Origin: Deltaproteobacteria bacterium
GTDB taxonomy: Bacteria > Desulfobacterota > Desulfobacteria > Desulfobacterales > JAFDFH01
Assembly (NCBI GenBank): GCA_019309945.1
Contig: JAFDFH010000051.1
Location: 1-38,497 of the forward strand
Length of the DNA stretch: 38,497 bases
Direction: 5' to 3'
The position numbers and the translations under genes were made by a program. Below, in pieces: positions 7,757-15,230 of this stretch; position 1 is the first letter of the stretch, and each line of letters opens with the position of its first letter. The notes below the pieces were generated by a model. The model was given only the letters and a program-made list of their open reading frames with translations. It was not told the DNA's origin and made no database searches.

Positions 7757-8599
7757 TTGAAGAAAATACAAATGTACCCAAACCTAAAAAAGTCCTATAA
7801 GGGGTTTTATCCATTCAGGATCAGTACCACATCATATATATATCCGGACCACATGCATTCCAACGTCAAGATGCTGGCGCCCTATTTGGAGGAAATCGAG
7901 CTTTTGTTGTTTGAGAGTTCGCCTGACGACAGCCTTCCCTCGGCGCATGAGATCAGAGCGCTTTCAGACCTGGCAAAAACCTCCGGCCTTACCTATAATA
8001 TTCATCTTCCTATCGATATATCCATAAGTGATCGCGATCCATCCGTACGTCGACACGGGGTGGAAATAATAAAACGGATCATCGAACTGACCGCACCCCT
8101 GACGCCCACTACATATACGCTTCACATCCCGTGGGAAGAACCTGGAAGGGAAAAAGAAAAGTTGACGAAATGGCGGGAACGTTCTTACAGGAGTATCGAG
8201 CAGATCCTCGCCGGGGGGGTACCGGGCAGAACCCTTTCCGTTGAAACCCTGATGTACCCATTTGAATGGCTGGACGATATTTTAATCGATCTTAATCTTT
8301 CCGTTTGCCTGGACCTCGGGCACCTTATCCTGCAAGGATTTGATATTGAAGCACATTTCAACAAATATTACGAAAGAACGTCGATCATACACCTTCATGG
8401 GGTTAAGGATAATCGTGATCATCTGTCAATCGACATGCTGCCCGAAAGGGATTTGACCGCTGTCATGAAAATTTTAAAACAGTTTACCGGAACGGTGTCC
8501 CTTGAGGTGTTTGCATTCAAACACCTCAAGGCCTCCTTAACTTTTCTGGAAAAGAACTGGCGTGACGATCGCGTTATTCCGTTTTCATCTCCCCCTTGA
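7757..8599 (+). CDS. Xylose-isomerase-like TIM-barrel protein; candidate cobamide-remodelling phosphodiesterase (CbiR-like)
   Basis: Motifs YNIHLP, YTLHIPW, LDLGHL and IHLHGVKDNRDH fit the sugar-phosphate isomerase/AP-endonuclease-2 TIM-barrel metal-ligand pattern. The position immediately after cbiB matches the known CbiR context. The start is TTG 7757 or ATG 7772. Confidence 0.5.
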   Translation: MKKIQMYPNLKKSYKGFYPFRISTTSYIYPDHMHSNVKMLAPYLEEIELLLFESSPDDSLPSAHEIRALSDLAKTSGLTYNIHLPIDISISDRDPSVRRHGVEIIKRIIELTAPLTPTTYTLHIPWEEPGREKEKLTKWRERSYRSIEQILAGGVPGRTLSVETLMYPFEWLDDILIDLNLSVCLDLGHLILQGFDIEAHFNKYYERTSIIHLHGVKDNRDHLSIDMLPERDLTAVMKILKQFTGTVSLEVFAFKHLKASLTFLEKNWRDDRVIPFSSPP

Positions 8600-8828
8600 T
8601 AACATCCAGGGCTTTTTCGAACTTCCGGCTGACCAGCAGGGTCATATCGGCAGCCTCTTCCAGCAAAGCGACCGTTGCAGGCATACGTTTGCCTTTTGCT
8701 TTTTCCGCCCAATCTCTGTATGTTGCGGCATGTTCATGGTTATGTTTTACCCAATGCTCAAGCAGTTTGATCAATTTTTCTTCAAATGGCAGGCTCTCGG
8801 GGGTTTCATGCTGATGATTATGGGGCAT
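8574..8828 (-). CDS. Small histidine-rich helical protein (putative metal-binding)
   Basis: 84 aa with MPHNHQHE and HWVKHNHEHA. GGAG-like AGGAGAATAACG lies upstream of the ATG. Its 3' end overlaps the convergent gene by 26 nt. Confidence 0.5.
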   Translation of the reverse strand: MPHNHQHETPESLPFEEKLIKLLEHWVKHNHEHAATYRDWAEKAKGKRMPATVALLEEAADMTLLVSRKFEKALDVIKGEMKTE

Positions 8829-8852
8829 CGTTATTCTCCTGTTGTATTAGTG

Positions 8853-9123
8853 TATATTCCGTAGCCGTTCACGGGTTCAGGGTTCAAAGGTTCAGGGTTG
8901 CTTTTTTGTTTAAGCCTGATGGGATAAATGAGTTTCAGTGGGTCTCTCAATCGAATTATTCCGCCATTTTGCGTATGAATCAACCTGCTGTGCCATGAAT
9001 TTGCGTTTTCAACCCAAAGTCGCAACCAAAATTCAGGTTTGACGTATCAACAGTTGAGATTTGCATTGAACTTCGAACCTCTGAACCCTGAACCTTTGAA
9101 CCCGTGAACGGTTACTATATTCC
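8853..9123. mobile_element. Family C foldback element (255 bp, 8861-9115) with perfect 8-bp target duplication
   Basis: Termini are GTAGCCGTTCACGGGTTCAGGGTTCAAAGGTTCAGGGTT ... AACCTCTGAACCCTGAACCTTTGAACCCGTGAACGGTTAC. TATATTCC is present at 8853-8860 and again at 9116-9123. Confidence 0.8.
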
Positions 9124-9279
9124 TTTATAACGTTTTTTTGTAACTTTTCAATAACTACTGAAGCTCATTGGTGATAAAATATAAAAGGTCTGACTGTCTG
9201 AGCGTGTTAGTGAGCCTTAAGAAAAAACAGTATATCAGACAACTAATGTTTCAAACATATGATTTTGCTTTTAAATTGA

Positions 9280-11241
9280 ATGGATAAAACCGGCTTAAAT
9301 AAAAAGAAAATTGCCATTGCGTTCATCTTAGTCAGCGGCGTCCTGTTCGGAGCAGTGGCCGGGGCCTTTTTCGCCCTTAGCCATGATCTTCCCCAGATTC
9401 GTTCCCTGGAAACGTTTACCCCCTCGGCCGTGACACGGATCTATTCCTCAGACAGGGTGCTGCTTGCAGAGCTCTTTGTGGAAAAAAGGGTCCCGGTGCC
9501 CCTGACGTCCATACCCGCTTACCTGCAAGCGGCACTGGTTGCCACCGAAGATCGGAAATTTTACAGCCATAGTGGCGTTGATCTGAAAGGAATCTTAAGA
9601 GCCATCATTAAGGATATCCGGGCGGGAGGATTTGTAGAAGGCGCGAGTACGATTACCCAGCAGCTTTCGAAGACCCTTTTTCTGACTCCCCAAAAGACCC
9701 TAATACGGAAAATCAAGGAAGCGATGCTGGCTTTCCAACTGGAGCGACGCTACACCAAGGATGAAATACTGGAGCTCTATCTTAACCAGGTGTATTTCGG
9801 AAGCGGCGCCTATGGCGTAGAATCAGCTGCAAGACTTTTTTTTGGAAAATCCGCAAAGGATCTCGATCTCGCCGAATGCGCCATGATCGCCGGCATGCCC
9901 AAAGCGCCCTCCCGGTATTCCCCGCTGATAAACAGTGAGCTCGCAATAAAGCGCAGGGATACGGTTTTAAAGCAAATGCGTGACACCGGCATCATCACTG
10001 CATCCGCTTTTCAACAAACGTTAAAAAAAGAATTGAATCTAAAATCACAGAATAAAAATTCAACCAAAGCACCTTATTTTGTGGACTATGTGAAAAAGTT
10101 TCTGGAAAAAGAATTGGGTTCGTCAATTCTATATCGAGGAGGGCTATCGGTTTTTACAACCCTTTCTTTTGACCTGCAGCAGGCCGCCGAGGTGGCGGTC
10201 GCCAATGGTCTTGCTGCACTTGAAACAAGAATGAAACCAAAAGGAAATGAAAACCCGCTCCCTCAATGTGCACTTGTTTCTATCGACGTTCAATCCGGCG
10301 GCATTTTAGCCATGGTCGGCGGCCGAAATTTCTACGACAGCCCTTTTAACCGGGCCACCATCGCCCGAAGACAACCTGGATCTGCTTTTAAACCAATTGT
10401 TTACGCTCATGCAATCGAAAGGGGCTTTGCTCAAAACATGATGATCTTGGATGCACCGATCGTCTTTAAGGGGGCATTAAATGGGAAAGATTGGCGACCG
10501 GAAAATTTTTCCAGAACGTATTTGGGTGCAATAACGTTAAGAAAAGCCCTGACTACCTCTAAAAACATCCCGGCGGTGCGCTTAATCGAAATGATAGGAC
10601 CTTCTTCGGTGTCCCAATTCGCATCTTCCCTAGGCATCGAATCCCCTCTTGCCCCGAACCTTTCCCTTGCTTTAGGAACATCGGACGTGACATTGATCGA
10701 TCTGACTTCAGCCTATGCTGTTTTCCCTAACCGGGGAAAACGAATAAAACCTTATGGCGTAATGGAAGTTCTTGATCGTAAAGGCAAGATGATCTGGCGA
10801 ATAAGACCCCATAAAAGCACCCCGATGTCCCGTGAAGGCGCCGCGATAATGACAAACATGCTTCAAGGGGTTGTGAAAGAGGGAACGGGTCGCAAGGCCC
10901 GGATTATCAAACATCCCATTGCCGGAAAAACCGGTACGACAGATGCGTTTAAAGACGCCCTTTTTGTTGGATTTTCACCATCAATTGCGACAGGCGTGTG
11001 GGTGGGTCAGGACATATCGATGACCCTGGGAAAAGGGGAAACCGGTGCGAAGGCCGCACTTCCCATATGGATCGCGTATATGACCGAAGCACTCGCAAAA
11101 AGGCCATATGCCTATTATGATATTCCGGATGATGTGGTTCGATTATACATGGATCCTTCAACCGGTAAGCTCGATCATAATAGTTCACCCCACGCCGTGG
11201 CCGCCCTTTTTAAAAAAGGTACCAAAGCGGGACAATATTAG
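9280..11241 (+). CDS. mrcA: Class A penicillin-binding protein 1A (glycosyltransferase + transpeptidase)
   Basis: GT51 motifs EDRKFYSHSGVD and GASTITQQ, transpeptidase motifs SAFKP and KTGTT, and an N-terminal membrane anchor. Confidence 0.9.
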   Translation: MDKTGLNKKKIAIAFILVSGVLFGAVAGAFFALSHDLPQIRSLETFTPSAVTRIYSSDRVLLAELFVEKRVPVPLTSIPAYLQAALVATEDRKFYSHSGVDLKGILRAIIKDIRAGGFVEGASTITQQLSKTLFLTPQKTLIRKIKEAMLAFQLERRYTKDEILELYLNQVYFGSGAYGVESAARLFFGKSAKDLDLAECAMIAGMPKAPSRYSPLINSELAIKRRDTVLKQMRDTGIITASAFQQTLKKELNLKSQNKNSTKAPYFVDYVKKFLEKELGSSILYRGGLSVFTTLSFDLQQAAEVAVANGLAALETRMKPKGNENPLPQCALVSIDVQSGGILAMVGGRNFYDSPFNRATIARRQPGSAFKPIVYAHAIERGFAQNMMILDAPIVFKGALNGKDWRPENFSRTYLGAITLRKALTTSKNIPAVRLIEMIGPSSVSQFASSLGIESPLAPNLSLALGTSDVTLIDLTSAYAVFPNRGKRIKPYGVMEVLDRKGKMIWRIRPHKSTPMSREGAAIMTNMLQGVVKEGTGRKARIIKHPIAGKTGTTDAFKDALFVGFSPSIATGVWVGQDISMTLGKGETGAKAALPIWIAYMTEALAKRPYAYYDIPDDVVRLYMDPSTGKLDHNSSPHAVAALFKKGTKAGQY

Positions 11242-11388
11242 CTAGTGCCCATCCAGAAACGGTCTTTTTGCCCGATCTCTGCGTTATGCTCAAAATTTTA
11301 TCCTCGGAATATCAACTATATGCCTGCGGTAAAATTTTTCGCAGCCCTTGATCTCGAACAAAAATCCTCGTTTCTGGACGGACACTAG
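11242..11388 (+). mobile_element. Family A foldback element, copy A3 (147 bp)
   Basis: CTAG-TGCCCATCCAGAAACGG ... CGTTTCTGGACGGACA-CTAG, so CTAG is present on both sides. It starts at the base immediately after the mrcA TAG stop. Confidence 0.85.
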
Positions 11389-11443
11389 CGAAGCCCGGCT
11401 TTAATCGGCCTATATAAAATAAGCCCTTTGAAAATAGATAGAA

Positions 11444-11725
11444 ATGCAAACATTTCGCCAGCAAATGATTTCCCTCTTAAAAGATCAGGAGATGAGTGCG
11501 AGGGATCTATCCCAGGTTATCGGTATTCAGGAAAAGGAGGTTTATGGGCATCTTGGGCATGTTGCGCGGACCGTTGAGATCCAGGGAAAAAAGCTTGTGA
11601 TTCAACCGTTTCGTTGCCTCAGTTGTGGATACGTGTTTAAGAACCGAAAACGATTTACGCGCCCCGGTCACTGTCCGGCCTGCAGGAAGACACACCTTGA
11701 AGTGCCAACATACCGGATCTGTTAG
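11444..11725 (+). CDS. Small transcriptional regulator: winged-helix HTH fused to a Zn ribbon
   Basis: 93 aa. MSARDLSQVIGIQEKEVYGHLGH is HTH-like, and CLSCG...CPACRK forms a CxxC...CxxC ribbon. Confidence 0.6.
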   Translation: MQTFRQQMISLLKDQEMSARDLSQVIGIQEKEVYGHLGHVARTVEIQGKKLVIQPFRCLSCGYVFKNRKRFTRPGHCPACRKTHLEVPTYRIC

Positions 11726-11736
11726 TACCGTTTCCT

Positions 11737-12007
11737 GTAACTTCTCAAAAACTTATGGTTAAACATACCAGCGGAGTCATCCGGTAATTTTTTTCAAAGC
11801 GGGCAACTGTTTGAAGCCGTTTAGGGCGGCTTACAGTGATCCGAACATCATAAATTGTTGATTGTAGTCTGTTTGTGCTAAGCGACACACTCATTTTACA
11901 TCACGTACGCGGGTCACTGTTAGGCGCCCTTAACGGCAAGTTTTGGCCGTATTGAAAAAAATTACCGGATGGCGTAGCGGGTCTACCGGAACATATTGAG
12001 AAGTTAC
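11737..12007 (+). mobile_element. Family B foldback element, copy B1 (271 bp)
   Basis: GTAACTTCTCAA ... TTGAGAAGTTAC. The whole element is one long imperfect palindrome around a ~65-nt centre. The flanking 8-mers are CGTTTCCT and CTTTTCCT (7/8 match). Confidence 0.85.
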
Positions 12008-12081
12008 CTTTTCCTTTAGTAACTCACTGGTTTTGATCAAATTCTAACTTTTCCGGCTCGTCCGGGTGAGGAGGCCCAACA

Positions 12082-12852
12082 ATGAAAAGAAATTTATGCG
12101 GTTGGCTGCTGTTGCTTCTTTGTTTTACCTTCCCCATTGAACTGATGGCCGAGGACGATGTGTCAGTTGCAGACGTTTTATATCATCAGGGGGGGATGGA
12201 AAATTTCAAGCGGGCCATCGAGATTTATCTCCAAGCACTGGCAGTAACGCCTGACGACTATGAAACCAGCTGGAAGTTATCGCGGGCCTATCGCGAATAT
12301 GGCGAGGCCGCCAAGCGAACAAACATGGCGGACTGGAAGAATATCTGCGCCACCTATGGGAAAGAAGGAATGAAATTTGCTCAAAAGGCTATAGCGCTGG
12401 AGCCTGAGAAACCTGAAGGGCATTACTTCTACGGTCTGAATGCAGGTATTTACTCGGATGGGGTGAGCATACTAACGGCACTGCGAGAAGGACTCAAAAA
12501 TAAAACCCAGAGCGGTTTCGAAAAGGCGTATGCCCTGGATAAGATGTACGATAAAGCCGGACCGATACTTTCCATCGGAAGATTTTGGGCCGTGCTCCCA
12601 TGGCCATTCAGGAAAACCAAAAAAGCCCTCGGGTTTTACAGGGAATACCAGGAAACCGAGTATTTTGATGATAACGCTGAAGCACAAATTTACCTTGCCG
12701 AGTTACTCCTACGCTTAAAAGGTGAAAAAAACAGGCAAGAAGCAACCGCTTTGCTGAAAAAAGCATCTCAATCCGATATTCAGTACTTTAGCGACTGGGC
12801 CAAGCGGCTTCTGAAAAATATGCAAAAACGGGCAACGAAAAAGTTGCCGTAA
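12082..12852 (+). CDS. Secreted/lipoprotein-like TPR-type repeat protein
   Basis: Signal peptide MKRNLCGWLLLLLCFTFPIELMA, a helical-repeat composition, and a strong GGAGG RBS. Confidence 0.6.
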   Translation: MKRNLCGWLLLLLCFTFPIELMAEDDVSVADVLYHQGGMENFKRAIEIYLQALAVTPDDYETSWKLSRAYREYGEAAKRTNMADWKNICATYGKEGMKFAQKAIALEPEKPEGHYFYGLNAGIYSDGVSILTALREGLKNKTQSGFEKAYALDKMYDKAGPILSIGRFWAVLPWPFRKTKKALGFYREYQETEYFDDNAEAQIYLAELLLRLKGEKNRQEATALLKKASQSDIQYFSDWAKRLLKNMQKRATKKLP

Positions 12853-12880
12853 ACAGTTAAAATAATTTTGGAGATACTTC

Positions 12881-14143
12881 ATGAGATTTATTCATCATTT
12901 GATGCCCAATTCAAACTCATGGTCATCCGGCGGACGGACGCTCATTTTCGCCCTGCTCGCCTTTCTATTTTTAAACGGTATGATTACAGATAGTCCGGCA
13001 AAGGAAAAAATCGACTTCAAACCACTTTTTCCGGTCCAGATCGATCATAGGTTTATAAGGCCCCATGAAACTTTTGAGGAGGTCAAGGATTTAATCCTGA
13101 GACATTACTACAGTGCCGAGATTACCGAAGAAGCACTTTACTGGGCTGCAATCCAGGGGATGCTGCGGCAAATATCCCCACCGGAAAATCCTGATCTCGC
13201 TAAAATCTGGCTACCTGCAGAATACGATATAGTTCACGATTCCCTTAAAGGTGTCCAGGTTTCCATAGGAATTAAAAGCTCATTTAATCCTGCCGATGGC
13301 AGCCTCACGGTAACGGAGGTTTTGCCAGGTTCACCGTCCGATGCGTTTCTAAAACCTCAAGACCGAATCCTGCGTATCGATTCACAGTCGCTAAAGGGAA
13401 AATCTTTAAAAGAGGTCAATGCCTTTCTTAAAGCAAAAGTGGGTGCGCCGATAACATTCACGGTAAACCGGGATATTAAAATTTTTGAGGTGAACCTCCA
13501 ATTTAAAGAATTTGAAACTCAAAACTTAATCGTTACCCGACTCAGTGAAACGATTGCATTGATAGAAATAAAATATTTTACAGCCAATATGTCTAAAAGA
13601 CTTGAAGAGGAGCTGGAAGAACTGGCCGGGGAAGGATTCAAGGGACTCATTATCGACCTGCGCAATAATAGCGGCGGCGTATTTGTCGAATCCCTGCGCG
13701 TTGTGGAATTATTTCTGCCTGAAAATCGGATTCTCCTGAGAACCCTTCAGCGCGAAACACAAATGCAAAACTACACCTCGGTCAACCCCAAGCCATTTAA
13801 ATTTGACATAGCAATCCTGGTGAACCGCAAAACCGCCTCATCCGCAGAGATTTTGACAAGCTCGCTTCAGGATCACCAGCAAGCCCTCATCGTTGGTACG
13901 CGGACCTTTGGAAAAGCGGTTTTCGAAAAAACCTATACACTTAAAAACCAGTACCGGCTCAAGTTTATTACAGGGGCGATGTACTCGCCCAAAGGACGAA
14001 GCTGGCAAAGCATTGGGGTTACGCCGGATTTTCTGGTTGAGCAGGATGACAATACCCTAGACATATTACTAAAAATGGCGCCCAAGGAGCGGCTTCGCAA
14101 AGACGTCGCGATGATTACAGCCTATAAGCTCCTTGTGCGCTAA
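12881..14143 (+). CDS. S41 family C-terminal processing peptidase with PDZ domain
   Basis: LIIDLRNNSGG, TASSAEI (Ser nucleophile region), GTRTFGKA (Lys region), and a PDZ-like VTEVLPGSPSD. Confidence 0.8.
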   Translation: MRFIHHLMPNSNSWSSGGRTLIFALLAFLFLNGMITDSPAKEKIDFKPLFPVQIDHRFIRPHETFEEVKDLILRHYYSAEITEEALYWAAIQGMLRQISPPENPDLAKIWLPAEYDIVHDSLKGVQVSIGIKSSFNPADGSLTVTEVLPGSPSDAFLKPQDRILRIDSQSLKGKSLKEVNAFLKAKVGAPITFTVNRDIKIFEVNLQFKEFETQNLIVTRLSETIALIEIKYFTANMSKRLEEELEELAGEGFKGLIIDLRNNSGGVFVESLRVVELFLPENRILLRTLQRETQMQNYTSVNPKPFKFDIAILVNRKTASSAEILTSSLQDHQQALIVGTRTFGKAVFEKTYTLKNQYRLKFITGAMYSPKGRSWQSIGVTPDFLVEQDDNTLDILLKMAPKERLRKDVAMITAYKLLVR

Positions 14144-14156
14144 ACCCTTGAGACCT

Positions 14157-14300
14157 TTGAAAAACGCCCCTTTTTGCCCGATCTCTGCGTTATGCTCAAA
14201 ATTTTATCCTCGGAATATCAACTATATGCCTGCGGTAAAATTTTTCGCAGGCCTTGATCTCGAACAAAAATCCTCGTTTCTGGTTTTCACCGGACACTAA
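14157..14300 (+). mobile_element. Family A element, copy A4 (outer left terminus missing, 7-nt insertion near the right end)
   Basis: CTTTTTGCCCGATCTCTGCGTTATGCTCAAAATTTTATCCTCGG ... CGTTTCTGG-TTTTCAC-CGGACA-CTAA. Confidence 0.75.
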
Positions 14301-14326
14301 GAACGAATAACAAATATAATCCTTCG

Positions 14327-14382
14327 TGTCTTTGTGCCTTGGTGGCAAATATTTTTGGTTCCGGATTGTCCGGGTTAGGTAT
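14327..14382. repeat. Family E right arm plus tail (half copy)
   Basis: GTGTCTTTGTGCCTTGGTGGCAAATATTTTTGGTTCCGGATTGTCCGGGTTAGGTA matches 3293-3350. It contains the ogt stop codon. Confidence 0.7.
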
Positions 14383-14896
14383 GTTTTGCTTCCAGTTCGA
14401 TCAATTTTCTCTTCAACGCCACGCCACCACCGAACTGACCAATGGAATTATCGCTCCGTATAACTCGATGACAGGGAATCAGGATGGGAAAAGGATTTTT
14501 GGCAAGGGCCGAACCGACCGAACGATATGCACGAGGCCGACCGATGGTCACGGCAATCGCTTGGTAGGAACGCAAGTCCCCATAGGGGATTTTAGTGGTG
14601 GCAACCAGAACTGATTGCTGAAGGTTTGTAAGCCCGATCATGGAGATGTGATCCCAGTGCGGCTGAATCGGTTTCCCGGTGAAATAATCCATGATTGATT
14701 CTGATATCCTTAGCGCCTCGGGATGCCGTCCACGCTTCCCCCATCCTTTGTTTTTGATGGACTCGAAAAGATCTTGCCTGCTTGTTCGGGGTAAAAAAAT
14801 CTTTATGATCAAAAACGGCTGTTCACGATATATAATTGCCGCAAACCCGAAACAGGTAGGGAAAATGAGATGTCGAATTTTAGGATCACCTGGCAT
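14375..14896 (-). CDS. ogt: Methylated-DNA--protein-cysteine methyltransferase
   Basis: Active-site motif IPCHRVI, and YGDLRSYQAIA in the DNA-binding part. Confidence 0.85.
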   Translation of the reverse strand: MPGDPKIRHLIFPTCFGFAAIIYREQPFLIIKIFLPRTSRQDLFESIKNKGWGKRGRHPEALRISESIMDYFTGKPIQPHWDHISMIGLTNLQQSVLVATTKIPYGDLRSYQAIAVTIGRPRAYRSVGSALAKNPFPILIPCHRVIRSDNSIGQFGGGVALKRKLIELEAKHT

Positions 14897-14935
14897 GGCT
14901 CACTCTTCTGGGACGATTCAGTTGAATTAAAAATG

Positions 14936-15205
14936 GCAACCTCTAAAAACTTATGGTTAAACCTACCAGCGGAGCCATCCGGTCATTTTTTTCAAAGCGG
15001 GCAACTGTTTGAAGCAGTTTAGGGCGGCTTACTGTGACCCGGACAGCATGAATTGTTAATTGTAGTCTGTTTGTGCTAAGCAACACGCTCATTTTACATT
15101 ACGTGCGCGGGTCACTGTTAGGCGCCCTTAACGGCAAGTTTTGGCCGTATTGAAAAAAATTACCGGATGGCGCAGCGGGCCTACCGAAACATATCGAGAA
15201 GTTAC
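14936..15205 (+). mobile_element. Family B foldback element, copy B2 (270 bp)
   Basis: GCAACCTCTAAAAAC ... ATCGAGAAGTTAC. The flanking 8-mers are TAAAAATG and CAAAAATG (7/8 match). Confidence 0.85.
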
Positions 15206-15230
15206 CAAAAATGCTGTAAATAATATTCCT

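Noticed and set aside
11968-11984. Sigma54 promoter (TGGCGC-N-GC) in the B right arm
   Set aside because: The GG and GC elements are not at the canonical 10-nt spacing. The GC dinucleotide falls two positions early.
11960-11985. ops/JUMPstart-like sequence (GGATGGCGTAGCGGGTC) in the B right arm, as a target for the NusG paralogue
   Set aside because: The RfaH ops core is GGCGGTAGnnTG. The repeat reads GGCGTAGCGGG (GGCGCAGCGGG in the other copies), which is one G short and differs at the 3' end. I note it only as a question under the NusG finding.
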